NCBI GenBank assembly: GCA_963772365.1
Contig: CAVYXA010000003.1
Coordinates: forward strand, 736,001-800,000
Source: an uncultured Verrucomicrobiae bacterium
GTDB taxonomy: Bacteria > Verrucomicrobiota > Verrucomicrobiia > Chthoniobacterales > UBA10450
DNA length: 64,000 nt
Direction: 5' to 3'
The first letter of the stretch is position 1. Each line of letters starts with the position of its first letter. Below are positions 43,028-53,400 of this stretch, one piece after another. Made by a program: the position numbers and the translations under genes. Below the pieces are notes generated by a model. That model ran no database searches. It was not told where the DNA came from and was given only the letters and a program-made list of their open reading frames with translations.

Positions 43028-44215
43028 TCAGCCGTCTGCCGTCAGCCCGGCCCTGCTGGCCAGCAACTCCGGGATCGCGCTGACCCGGGAGAATGCCCTG
43101 GCTTCTTCGCCGGTCCAGAGCCGGTTCTCCTCACCGTAGGTCGCCACACGCTGGTCCATCATCGACCAGAGACTCCGGGTGCCGACCACCTGGAACCGCC
43201 CGGGCGCGAGATGGACCCGGATTTCGCCGGTGACCCGCTGCTGGCTCGAGGTGATCAGCGCCTCGATGTCCCGCAGTGCCGGATCGAAGTAGTGGCCCTC
43301 ATGCAGCCGGTCGCCGTAGAACCGGGACAGCTGGTCCTTCCAGAAGGCTTGCCACTTGGTGAGGACCAGCTTCTCCAGTTCGCGGTGGGCCGCAATCAAG
43401 AGCAGCGCGGCGCCGGCCTCGAACCCGATCCGGCCCTTGATGCCGAGCGCGGTCTCGCCCACGTGAATGCCGCGGCCGAAGCCGAAGCTCGCCCAAATCG
43501 CCGATCTGGCGGATCAGCTCGGGCCCCGACAACTGCCGACCATCGAGCGAAACCGGAATGCCCTGTTCCCAGCCCAGCACGATCTCGGCAGCGGCAGGCG
43601 CGCTGGCCGGGGGATCGAGCAGCTCGGCCGGAGGGCCGGCCCAGGTGTCGTGGGTCCAGCCTCCCCCCAGGTGGTACCCCAGAGCCCGCGGTTGATGGAG
43701 TAGGCCCCGGCCTTGGGCGGCACCGGAAGCTGGCGGGACTCGAGGAACGCGATGGCCTGTTCCCGCCGGAGACCCAGCTCCCGGATCGGGGTGAGGATCT
43801 CGAGTTCCGGCGCCAGCACCCGGAAGGCGATGTCGAACCGTACCTGGTCGTTCCCGGCGCCGGTGGACCCGTGGGCGATGGCGGTGGCGCCGATCCGGCG
43901 AGCCGCCTCGATCACCGAGATGGCCTGCTGGGTCCGCTCCGCCGCCACCGAGAGCGGGTAGACCTCGCCCCGGAGGACGTTTCCCTGAATCAGGTAGCGG
44001 ACAAAGCGATCGAAGACCGCCTGCCGGGCGTCGAGCGTGTGATGCTGCAGCGCCCCGACGGCCCGGGACTGCTCCGCGATGGCGGCCAGCTCGGCCGGCG
44101 TGGCACCGCCGGTATCGACGTAGACCGTATGCACCGCCCATCCCTGGTCGGCCAGGTAGGGCACACAGAAGGAGGTATCCAGACCGCCGGAGAAGGCGAG
44201 GACGAGAGTCTTCAT
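43028..44215 (-). CDS. argG: Argininosuccinate synthase (frameshifted)
   Basis: VLAFSGGLDTS, YPLS, AHGSTGAGNDQVRF, YSIN.GLWG, GIKGR..FEA. Confidence 0.95.
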
Positions 44216-44251
44216 TTGGATAAGTATGCACTATGCAAAAACGAATTGCAA
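44216..44251 (-). promoter_or_regulatory. sigma70-type promoter overlapped by an ARG-box-like operator; leaderless argG
   Basis: Minus strand TTGCAA-N17-CATACT-N7-ATG with no SD; TGCATACTTATCCA (44217-44230) fits the ARG-box core TGMAT-N4-ATKCA. Confidence 0.7.
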
Positions 44252-44320
44252 GTGCGCCCTGTCACCTTCCCGTTTCGCGCTTCCTCGCCATCTTGAGCCT
44301 GCCCTTCAGGTGAGCGGCAA

Positions 44321-44403
44321 ACGGTGACGGGTGAACGGTCACCGGTTTCAGGGACCGTTCACCATGCCATCCCCCGTTCCCCGTTCCCCGTTCACCGTTC
44401 ACC
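44321..44403. repeat. Inverted heptamer arrays (GGTGAAC/CCCCGTT/CACCGTT)
   Basis: ACGGTGACGGGTGAACGG ... CCCCGTT x3, then CACCGTTCACC. Confidence 0.7.
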
Positions 44404-44423
44404 CAGTCTTCAAGGACCCTGCC

Positions 44424-44657
44424 ATGTGTCCAGATGATCCCGATTTTTCGGACGTCAGCGGAGGCGCCAGCTCCGCCGCCGATGCCAGGAAGGGCCGTAC
44501 CCATACCGTCGCCAAAGGCGAAAGCCTCTCCAAGATCGCCCGCCAGTATTACGGCGACGTCAAGCTGTGGAAGAAGATCTACGAGGCCAACAAGGACACC
44601 ATCAAGAATCCCGACCTGATCTTTCCGGGCCAGGTCATCAAGATCCCCGACGCCTGA
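44424..44657 (+). CDS. Small LysM-domain protein
   Basis: HTVAKGESLSKIARQYYG....WKKIYEANKD.I.NPDLIFPGQVIKIP; AAGGA RBS. Confidence 0.88.
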   Translation: MCPDDPDFSDVSGGASSAADARKGRTHTVAKGESLSKIARQYYGDVKLWKKIYEANKDTIKNPDLIFPGQVIKIPDA

Positions 44658-44673
44658 GCCCAAGGAGCTTTCC

Positions 44674-45165
44674 ATGTTCAAATTCCGCACCCTGCGCGCC
44701 GCCGCCGTCACCGGCCTGACCGCGTCACTGCTGCTCACCCTCGGCGCCTGCAAGAAGAAGGAAGCCGCAACCCAGACCGACCAGTCCACCTCCGCCGCGG
44801 CTCCGGCTCCGATCCCTGCTCCGCCGCTGCCGCTCGCTGTGGCCAGCGTGGAAATGGGCAAGGCGATCACCGCCGACAACAAAGTCGCCAATGCCACCAC
44901 CTCGTTCGGCGTCAGGGACACGATCTACGCCGTGGTGAATACCTCGGGCGGCGGCAGCGGGACCCTGCAGGCAAAGTGGAGCTTCGTGAAAGGCTCCGGC
45001 GGGACGGTCCCGGTGAACGAGAGCTCGATGTCGATATCTCCCACCGGCGCGCAGGCCACCGAGTTTCACGTTGCCAAGGCAACCGCCTGGCCCAAGGGGA
45101 AGTACCAGGTCGAGATCTCCTTGAACGGAGCTTCAGCCGGCGTGACGGAGTTTGAGGTGAAGTGA
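44674..45165 (+). CDS. Hypothetical lipoprotein with Ig-like domain
   Basis: LGAC lipobox; DTIYAVV, WPKGKYQVEISLNG; AAGGAG RBS. Confidence 0.8.
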   Translation: MFKFRTLRAAAVTGLTASLLLTLGACKKKEAATQTDQSTSAAAPAPIPAPPLPLAVASVEMGKAITADNKVANATTSFGVRDTIYAVVNTSGGGSGTLQAKWSFVKGSGGTVPVNESSMSISPTGAQATEFHVAKATAWPKGKYQVEISLNGASAGVTEFEVK

Positions 45166-45183
45166 CGCTTGGCCGAGGCCAAC

Positions 45184-45446
45184 CGTCATCCCGAGGGGAG
45201 CGGTGCAACCGAGGGATCTCTGCGAACGAGCAGCGGAGCCCTCGGTTGGCTGGGGATGACACGTCGGCCGTCCTTCGGACGGCTGGAGATCCCTCACTTC
45301 GCTCGGGATGACACGTCAGCCGTCCTTCGGACGGCTGGAGATCCCTCACTTCGCTCGGGATGACACGTCAGCCGTCCTTCGGACGGCTGGAGATCCCTCA
45401 CTTCGCTCGGGATGACACGTCAGCCGTCCTTCGGACGGCTGACGTG
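45184..45446. repeat. CGTC-type REP followed by ~3.7 tandem 52-bp units
   Basis: Unit GAGATCCCTCACTTCGCTCGGGATGACACGTCAGCCGTCCTTCGGACGGCTG starts at 45286, 45338 and 45390; internal hairpin CAGCCGTCC-TTC-GGACGGCTG. Confidence 0.9.
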
Positions 45447-46543
45447 CTGACCACCGTTCGGCGATAAGCCGTACCACCTCCGACAGACCAACCACATCCC
45501 GCAGGTCGATCACTTCGACCGGTGAGTGGGCATAGCGAAGCGGCCAGCCGATCGGCACATCGGGAACACCCCACGGGGCGAAGACGGATCTCGTCATTGC
45601 CACCGCTGGTGGCGCCGGTCTGGATCGGTTGTCCCGCCACTCTCGAGAGGACCACCACACTGTCGACCAGCGCCGGCGGCGTGACCGAGCTGTTGTCCAG
45701 CGCCCGCACCACCGGCCCCTTGCCGAGCAGGGCCACCCCATAGTTGGTAAGCTCGAGCGGCGAGTCGGCCGAGACGAAGGTATCGATGGCGTGGACCCGG
45801 GCCGGCGTGATCCCGAGCGCTTCGGCCACCGCCCTGGCCCCTTCGAGTCCAACCTCCTCCCGGACACTGAAGACGAAAATCACCTGGTGCCGCAGGCGAG
45901 CGGGGTCCAGTCGACGTAAGGCGATCAGCAGGGCCGCGCATCCGACCCGATCGTCGAACGAGCGGCCGGTCGCCTTGTAGCCGGCGAGGCGGGTGTACTC
46001 CTTCGGGCTGGTAATGGTGTTCCCGACCTTGATCCCGAGCGCTTCGGTGCCGGCCCTGGTGCCGGTACCCGGATCGACCACGGGGGGCCCCGACGCACGC
46101 CGGACGTTGGAGCCGGCCGAGTCTCGAGGAAGGAAGACCGCCGGAACACTGCCATTGTCGGTGTGAATCAGGGCCGGCCTGCCCTCCCACATCGAGCTGT
46201 ACATCCCCCCCTTGGTCGACAGCTCCAGCTTGCCGTCATCGCGGATACTGGTGATCTGAAAGCCGATTTCGTCCATGTGCGCCATCAGGACGACCGGGGC
46301 ACCACCGCGACCAGCCCGGACCCAGAGGTTCCCCGCCGCATCGGTTTCGGGTGTAGCCCACTTCGGCAGCTGGGAGATGATGAACTGGCGAACATGCCCC
46401 TCCTCGCCCGACACCCCGTAACTCTCGACCAGCTGCCTGAGCAGTCGCTCGGCCGCGGCGACGCGGGCGGATTCCTGCGCCATCAGCGGCGCCGATACGG
46501 TCAGGCTGATAGCAAGCAGGCCCGCTCCGACGATGGATTTCAT
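45398..46543 (-). CDS. Secreted M42-family metallopeptidase (frameshift near the 3' end; end approximate)
   Basis: SG.EG.VR, AHMDEIG, FDDRVG, REEVG, AID; RYAHSPVE lies in the shifted frame. Confidence 0.88.
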   Translation of the reverse strand: MKSIVGAGLLAISLTVSAPLMAQESARVAAAERLLRQLVESYGVSGEEGHVRQFIISQLPKWATPETDAAGNLWVRAGRGGAPVVLMAHMDEIGFQITSIRDDGKLELSTKGGMYSSMWEGRPALIHTDNGSVPAVFLPRDSAGSNVRRASGPPVVDPGTGTRAGTEALGIKVGNTITSPKEYTRLAGYKATGRSFDDRVGCAALLIALRRLDPARLRHQVIFVFSVREEVGLEGARAVAEALGITPARVHAIDTFVSADSPLELTNYGVALLGKGPVVRALDNSSVTPPALVDSVVVLSRVAGQPIQTGATSGGNDEIRLRPVGCSRCADRLAASLCPLTGRSDRPAGCGWSVGGGTAYRRTVVSTSAVRRTADVSSRAK

Positions 46544-47478
46544 TCGCCACCCCGGATCCGGAAGGTGAGTCCCCGTTCCAGCGTGGCCACTTCCCGGAGC
46601 GACACGGTTTCGACCGGGCTGCCGAGATAGCGCACCGGGAGGAGCCAGGTCTCGAAACTGGTCATGGTAACCGGGTCGGGCGATGCCTTGCTCCCGAGCC
46701 GGTCACTCCCCCCACCGGCTTCGAGCAGAAGCGCATCGGTGAACGGACCCAGGTTCCGCCCCACCGTCAGGAGGCCCCGGCGGGTGAACAGTTGTTCGAC
46801 CACGAAGGCGATGACGACAGAGCCCCGCGCCGGCGACGTCGTCTGGGCTGCCCGGATCAGGGCGGCACAGGCCGCCCGTCTCCCAGCCGATGGCGCGGCC
46901 AGCAGCGAATCGGCGTAGTTGAGTGGCTTCTTGTACAGCGCGACCGGGGCCAGAACCTTAATGCCCAGCGCGGCCACCTGGGCTGTGCCGTCGGCGCCGA
47001 CATCGACCACCGCCTCGTCCACGCTGAACGGGGTGTCGGGCTGGGGCGGCCGGCCATTGGTGAGGTGAATCGACTTCACACCCACGACGCCGGGGATCGC
47101 TCCCCGGCTCCCCCAAATGGTCACCCGGGCGCCCTCCAGTTGTTGATCAGTCAGGCCACCGCGGGACCGGCCGACCCGTCGCAGGGTGAGAAATCCGTCG
47201 GGGCGAATCCCCCCGACCACGTACCCCGGCTCGTCGATCGCGCAGGCGATCAGCGACCGCGGTTCACCCGTCCCCAGCACCAGCACCACGTTTCCGGCGC
47301 GATCCTTCTTCGCACCCGGCAGCAGTGAGATGAGTGTGTCGGCCAACCGCTGCTCGTAGCCCGAGACGGCGGTCATCGCGGCGAAGCGTCCGGCCAGATT
47401 CTTGAGTGGGGGTGGTTCCTGGGCCTGCAGTGGGGCGGCCATGAGAGCCAGCGCCGGGAGAAGCCATCGCAAAGTCAT
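46540..47478 (-). CDS. Secreted M42-fold protein lacking metal ligands
   Basis: VSGYE, D.AGNV, ACAIDEPG, GV.SIHL, VDVGA, RYLGSPVE; ATGA overlap with the active paralog. Confidence 0.78.
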   Translation of the reverse strand: MTLRWLLPALALMAAPLQAQEPPPLKNLAGRFAAMTAVSGYEQRLADTLISLLPGAKKDRAGNVVLVLGTGEPRSLIACAIDEPGYVVGGIRPDGFLTLRRVGRSRGGLTDQQLEGARVTIWGSRGAIPGVVGVKSIHLTNGRPPQPDTPFSVDEAVVDVGADGTAQVAALGIKVLAPVALYKKPLNYADSLLAAPSAGRRAACAALIRAAQTTSPARGSVVIAFVVEQLFTRRGLLTVGRNLGPFTDALLLEAGGGSDRLGSKASPDPVTMTSFETWLLPVRYLGSPVETVSLREVATLERGLTFRIRGGE

Positions 47479-47573
47479 GTTTCTCTCTTCCGTGGTGTAT
47501 GCCACGTGATACCGCGAAAACGGTCCCGCGTCTTCGCGTTGATTTCCCAGAGGGTTGCGCTTCCTATGACTCT

Positions 47574-48035
47574 CTATTCCCCACGCTTCCGGCGAATGTA
47601 GATGGTCTTGGTGCATATCGCGTGGACCAGGCCCTCCGCGTCTTTCAGTGCGATCTCGAAATCACGGTTGACCTTCCCGGCCTGCTCCACCGCGACCCTG
47701 ATCTCCTCGGTGACCGTCTCGGGGACCGTCATTGTGGCGTACAGGGTACTCCGACCCGGGCGGAGGTACCGGATGGTGGCGGCGCGATCCCACACGATGT
47801 ACTCCGGGCCGAGCAGGCGGATCAACATCACCATGTAGATCGGGTCGACCGCCCCGAACATGCTTCCGCCGTAGATGGTGCCCACGTAGTTGCGGGTCCG
47901 CCAGGACAGCGGGACCCGGATCCGGACCTCGCGCCAGTCGGCCGCGATATAGTCTATCCGGCCACCAGTGCCGCGATAGGCCGGAAAGAAATTGAACCCC
48001 CAACGGGTGAGTCGGCTTCGATGGGATTCGGCCAT
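47574..48035 (-). CDS. Hotdog-fold thioesterase-like protein (DUF4442/YiiD type)
   Basis: FNFFPAYRGTGG, TRNYVGTIYGGSMF..DP.YM, VWD.AATIRY.RP. Confidence 0.85.
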   Translation of the reverse strand: MAESHRSRLTRWGFNFFPAYRGTGGRIDYIAADWREVRIRVPLSWRTRNYVGTIYGGSMFGAVDPIYMVMLIRLLGPEYIVWDRAATIRYLRPGRSTLYATMTVPETVTEEIRVAVEQAGKVNRDFEIALKDAEGLVHAICTKTIYIRRKRGE

Positions 48036-48082
48036 GCAGGCACGGTTGGGTCTTGCAAGACGGATAGCTGCACCTGACCGCT

Positions 48083-50413
48083 CTATTCTACCACGAATTC
48101 CACTTCATCCCTGAACCGGCCGGCTTCGGCCCTGATCTTGTGGGTGCCTGAGGTCAGCTTCCAGCGCTCCCCGGTGCTCGGGCGACCGTCGACAAACCAG
48201 CGGACCGGCCGGCCGCCGGGAGCCCCGGTGGCCCTGAGCGCGATGGTGGCATAACTGGCCTCGACGCCCGGCGGAATGCGGTATCGGTCGCCGGACTCGG
48301 GGGAGATGATCCGAAACCGTTCTCCGTTCCCCGTTCCGCGTTCCCCGTTGATTCCTGGCAACAACGGTGATTCCAGAGAGACCGGCTGCGACATAGTAGG
48401 TTCCGGCCTCTCGGTCGGGGAACGCGGAACGGGGAACGCGGAACGATTCGCCGCGCTCCACTCCGCATACTCCCCCGGGAGCTTCACTTCGCCATGGTCA
48501 TGCCAGCTGCAGGTCGCGGTCGGCACCGTCCCCGGCACGAAGTACTCCGTCATTCTGGGACACTCTTCGTTCGCCAGTTGCCCCGACACCCGGCAGATCG
48601 TCGCCGCGACCAGCCCACCCTCGGCGGGGGTGAGGAGATCTCCGGGGGCGAACCTCCTGGCCGTGACCAGCACTGCCCGGTGGAGCAGCGGGCCGGCGCC
48701 GGAGACGCCGCTGACGCCATCCATCGGCTGACCACTGAAGTTGCCGACCCACACCCCGACCGTGAACCTGCCGGTGGTCGCCACCGCCCAGTTGTCGGTG
48801 AAGTGCCGGCTGGTGCCGGTCTTGGCTGCTGCCCGGAAGGGCCAGTCGAAGGGCGAGGTCAGCCCGAACCCGGGGATTCGGGCCACCGGATCGGTCAGGA
48901 TATCCAGCGCCAGCGCCGCGGCTCCCTTCGAGACCACCCGTCGGGAAACCAGGTCACCGGCCGGACGGCCGGCCTGGTCCGCCCAGTAGCTCACCGGAGT
49001 CCACTCACCCCCATTCGCCAGAGCACGATAGCCATTCGCCAGTTCAAGCAGTGTGACATCGCCGTTCCCCAGCGCCAGCCCCAGCCCGTAGTGCTCCGGC
49101 GCCCGGGTGAGCGACGCGAAGCCCGCCTGACGGAGACCGTAGAGCAGGGTGGCGTAACCGATCCGATCGGCCAGGGTGACGGCCGGAATGTTGAACGAGC
49201 TGGCCAGGGCCTCCCGGGCGCGCACCGGTCCGTGGTAGCGCCGGTCGTAGTTCCGGGGATGATACGGTCCGCTCGAGGTCTGGTAGGTGGTCGAGATATC
49301 AGACAGGATCGTGGCCGCCGTGGCGCCTCGATCGAAAGCCATGGCATAGAGGAACGGTTTGAGCGAGGAGCCCGGCTGCCGGGGACTGATCACCATGTCG
49401 ACCTGGCCCGAGGTATCGGACCAGAAATCGGGTGAGCCGACCCAGGCGAGGATCTCTCCGGTCGGGTTGTCGAGTACCACGACCGCTCCGTGCCGGGCGC
49501 CCTGGTCCTTGAGCTGGCTCACCGTGTGCCGCACCTCGTCTTCCAGTTCCTCCTGTAGTCCGAGGTCGATGGAGGTGCGCCAGCTTCCGGTGATCGGCCG
49601 GCCCGACCCTTCGGCCCACTGGAGCAGATGGCTGGTGAAATGCGGCGCCAGGAAGGGGCGCCCCCGCCCCTCACCCAACAGTGGCTCCTGTTTCGCCCGC
49701 TGTTCCTCCGCCCGCGTGAGGTAGCCTTCGCGGACCAGCGCCTCGAGTCCCTCCGTCCGCCGCTCCACCGCGCGGTGAGGATCGACCAGCGGGTTCTGAC
49801 TCGACGGCGCCCGCGCCAGCGCGGCCAGCAGGGCTGCCTGACCGAGACTCGCCTCCCCGGGTGAGCCGCCGAAGTAGAGCCGCGTCGCGGCCGTCACCCC
49901 CACAGTGCCCTGCCCCAGGGGAACCCGGTTGAGGTACTGCTCGAGAATCTGGTTCTTGCTCAGATGCGCCTCGAGCCGGAAGGCCCACATGGTCTGGACC
50001 GCCTTGTCGAGCCACCCCCGACCCACCGGATGGACCAGCCGGGCCAGCTGCATGGTGATCGTCGAGGCGCCGGACACCACCCGCATACGCACCAGGTTGT
50101 CACGCACCGCCCGCAGCACCGCTCGAGGGTCGACCCCGTAATGCCGATAGAACCGCCGGTCTTCCACCGCCACGAAGGCTCGAGGGAGGTCCGGATCGAT
50201 CTTTTCGAGCGGAGTCCAGGTGGCGAGGCTGCCGTCCCCCGCCCGGGTACTCCGCAGCAGCTCTCCGTGCCGGTCTTCGATCGTCAGGCTCTGCTGGTGA
50301 CTCGGCGCCAGCAGGTCGGCGGGAAGGGGACGCGCGATCCAAACCCCGGCGGATACTGCCGGGATTCCGACTGCCATCATCAGCGTCAGGAACCACTTTC
50401 CCCGCTTAGTCAT
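48083..50413 (-). CDS. pbpC: Penicillin-binding protein 1C
   Basis: EDRRFY.H.GVD, SGASTITMQLAR, RQPGSSLKPF, S.N, KTGTS; directly downstream of alpha-2-macroglobulin. Confidence 0.93.
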   Translation of the reverse strand: MTKRGKWFLTLMMAVGIPAVSAGVWIARPLPADLLAPSHQQSLTIEDRHGELLRSTRAGDGSLATWTPLEKIDPDLPRAFVAVEDRRFYRHYGVDPRAVLRAVRDNLVRMRVVSGASTITMQLARLVHPVGRGWLDKAVQTMWAFRLEAHLSKNQILEQYLNRVPLGQGTVGVTAATRLYFGGSPGEASLGQAALLAALARAPSSQNPLVDPHRAVERRTEGLEALVREGYLTRAEEQRAKQEPLLGEGRGRPFLAPHFTSHLLQWAEGSGRPITGSWRTSIDLGLQEELEDEVRHTVSQLKDQGARHGAVVVLDNPTGEILAWVGSPDFWSDTSGQVDMVISPRQPGSSLKPFLYAMAFDRGATAATILSDISTTYQTSSGPYHPRNYDRRYHGPVRAREALASSFNIPAVTLADRIGYATLLYGLRQAGFASLTRAPEHYGLGLALGNGDVTLLELANGYRALANGGEWTPVSYWADQAGRPAGDLVSRRVVSKGAAALALDILTDPVARIPGFGLTSPFDWPFRAAAKTGTSRHFTDNWAVATTGRFTVGVWVGNFSGQPMDGVSGVSGAGPLLHRAVLVTARRFAPGDLLTPAEGGLVAATICRVSGQLANEECPRMTEYFVPGTVPTATCSWHDHGEVKLPGEYAEWSAANRSAFPVPRSPTERPEPTMSQPVSLESPLLPGINGERGTGNGERFRIISPESGDRYRIPPGVEASYATIALRATGAPGGRPVRWFVDGRPSTGERWKLTSGTHKIRAEAGRFRDEVEFVVE

Positions 50414-50454
50414 AGCCTGCGCTTCCCCGTTCCAGTCCTCTCGGCACGGCGAGA

Positions 50455-53400
50455 CTACTTCTCCGTCACCGTGAACACCCCGCCGTCGCTCCGCCCGTAC
50501 ACCGCCGGGTTGTACATCTCCTCCGCATGGGCCGGCGGCCGGATGAACACGCCCGGCGTCGTGGCGCGAGCGATGTAGCTCATGGTGTAGGTCCCCTTCC
50601 ACAGCACGGTGGCGGAGTAGAGCACCCGGGCATCGCCCATTTCCTTGTGGTCGAAGGGAGACCACCAGCCGCTGTCCCAGCTGCCGTAGTACCACCCGAT
50701 CTCGCTGTCGCTCCGTCCCTCGCCGCCTTCGTCCTCCGCCTCCTCCGGCGAGAGGTACGCCGGCTTCTCATCGACACCGGGACCGGGTGCAAGGCTGGCT
50801 GTGCGCAGGCTGAGGTCCACCGCTTCGAGACCGGCGGGCAACGCATCGTCCACGATCACGAATTGGCGGTTGGTCGGCACCGTGATCCGGAGGCGGACTC
50901 TCACCAGCTGGCCGGCGGCCACACTGACGATCGGATTGGGCGCATCGTACTTCTCGTACCAGCGCTCCAGCCTGATACCCTGATCCTCCGGGTTTACCGG
51001 TCGTTGCTTCGGGACCTCGGTGACCGTCAGGTAGTAATAGATCGGCGGGCCGTTCCCGGTGGCACGGAGACTGAACCTGACCCCCTGCTTCCCGCCACCG
51101 AGACTGCTGATCAGGCCGGTGAGTGGCAGGGCGGAATCGGAAATCACCGGGGCCGGTCGGGGAATCCGTCCCGGTCCGGCCGGGGCCGACGGCATGACCC
51201 CGCCGCTCCGGCTGAAAAGGGTCTTTCCCCCCGACTGCACCGTGAAGCTGCGGGACGCCCCCTCGCGCACGACCTTGTCGAATGCGACCAGGGCCGACAC
51301 CACCGCGGAATAGTCCTGGGTGTTCCATGGCTCGAGATACCCGACGGCCTGGCCCTGCTGCACCAGTGTCTCCACCATCGGTCCCAGCAACGGGTGAGCC
51401 GAGTCAACGGCAAGTGTCGCGATCAGGAGGCGTGCGGTCGGCCGGGTCCGGGAGTAGAAGTAGTGATGCCAGGAGAGCGCCTCTTCCGGCACGATCGCCC
51501 GGCGGCCTTCCACCTTCACCGCGCTCCATGCCGGCTCGAGCAGACCCCGGGCGGCCTTGAACGCCTTGCGCCGGGCCAGGATCTCGGCCAGCCGGGCCCG
51601 ATCCTCCCAGGAAAGCTGGGCGGCATTTCGGAGCAGCTCATTCTCGGCCGGGAGTTCGGGCTTTCCATAGCGGCTCAGGAAATCGGCGGCCGCCACCTGG
51701 TCGGCCAGCCCCGCCCGAACCTCGTCATACCAGCCGATCACCGGAGCCCGGACCGGCGCCGGGTTCTTGAGACCGTTGCGGAGATACCCGGCCAGTCGCG
51801 CCAGCACCGAATCATCCACCGCGACGCCGACCGACCGCGCCTCCAGCAGGGTGAGACCCGCATAGGCGCTGAGCCATGGGGTGGTCCAGTCATTCGGTCC
51901 CCAGTACCCGATGCCGCCGTCCGGCCGTTGCCGCCGGCTCAGCAGACTACCGCCAGCTCGATGTCACGCCGGGGGTCGCCCTTCAGCAGGGTCAGGCCTT
52001 TCACGGCGCTCTGGGCCCGGTACAGAGCGATGATCGGCTGCGCCGCGCTCGAGGTCTGCTCGCTGCAGTAGTAGGGGTAGACGTGCATCTCCCAGGCGAT
52101 CCCCTGGATGATGCTGAGCGGAGAACTGCCCAGGGAGAGTTGCAGTCGCGAGCGGTCGGGGTCGATCCCGTCAGGCAGCTCCAGCTGGGCAGTCGCGGTG
52201 TCGGACAGGACTCCGGCGAGAGTCCAGGCCCGGGGCCGGTAAGCGGTCTTTACGTCGAGCCGCTTCTGGACCGCGTCGGCATCGCCCGCGCCGGACACCT
52301 TGAATCGGAAGGTGGCGCTGTCGGCGCCGAGCGGCCCGATGCCGGGCTGCCTGAAGTCGAAGCGCACCTCTTTGCCGCGTCCGGCCTCGAGCTTCGCGGT
52401 CATGGCAGCGTCGCCCGTCAGCTGAGCGCCCTGGGCAGCGGCTTCTACCTTGACGGTCGGCGTGCCGCCGGCCCGCTGATTGATCACCACCCCGGCGGAG
52501 AACCTGTCACCTTCCCGAACGAACCGCGGGAGCGCCGGCCGGGCCAGCAGGGGACGGGTGACCAGCATCGGGGACTCGCCATTCCCATAGCGGTCACCCG
52601 CCGTCACCGCGACGGCCATGACCCGGAAGGTGGTGAGATTGTCCGGCAGCTTTGCCTGGGCGATTGTCCCACCGCTCGAGTCGGTCACCACGCTGCCGAG
52701 AAAGAACGCGGTGGTCTTGAACTGCGAGCGGAAGACGTCGGCATCGCTCCCGCCCCCCCCGCCGCCAGGCGATCGGCCCTTTTCGCCTTCCGGCACCTGC
52801 GGCGCAACCGTGGTGAGATTGCTGGAGAGCCTGAGGCCGAGTCCCCGGCGGGCGTAGAGCAGGTCGATCGGATCCGGCGTCTTGTATCCGGTAAGCGCCA
52901 GTACCCCCTCGTCGACCGCCCACAGGGTGACTTCACTCCGTTGTCCCACCCCATTCCGGTCCTTCACCTTGAGTTCTACCCGGGCGGTATCGCCGGGCCG
53001 GTACTCCGCCTGCGACGGCTTGACCGAGACGGTGAGCCGCTTCACTTCCGGGGTGACCCGCAACTCGGCGTAACCCACCCGGATGGTGGGACGACCAGGG
53101 TCGTCCAGCGGTCCCGGCTTCTGACTCCGCCCCCGGGCCACCAGGATCGACACGAACACGTTGGGCGCCCACGACTCGACCACCGGGAACTTCAGCGTGG
53201 TGGACCCGGAGGTCAGCTTCATCCGGCGCTGCTCGATCAGCCCTTCCCGCTCGACGGTGATCCAGGCTTCGGCATCGGTGAAGGGAGAAGCGAACATCAC
53301 CGAGGCGGTGTCCCCGACCGCGTAGGCGGTCTTGTCGGGGATCACATCCATCTTGAACTGGGTCTCGTCGCTCCAGGGCACCCAGTCGGACCCGATGGCC

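Noticed and set aside
45254..45446. Possible CRISPR array
   Set aside because: The units repeat head-to-tail with no unique spacers, they are REP-derived, and no cas genes are present.
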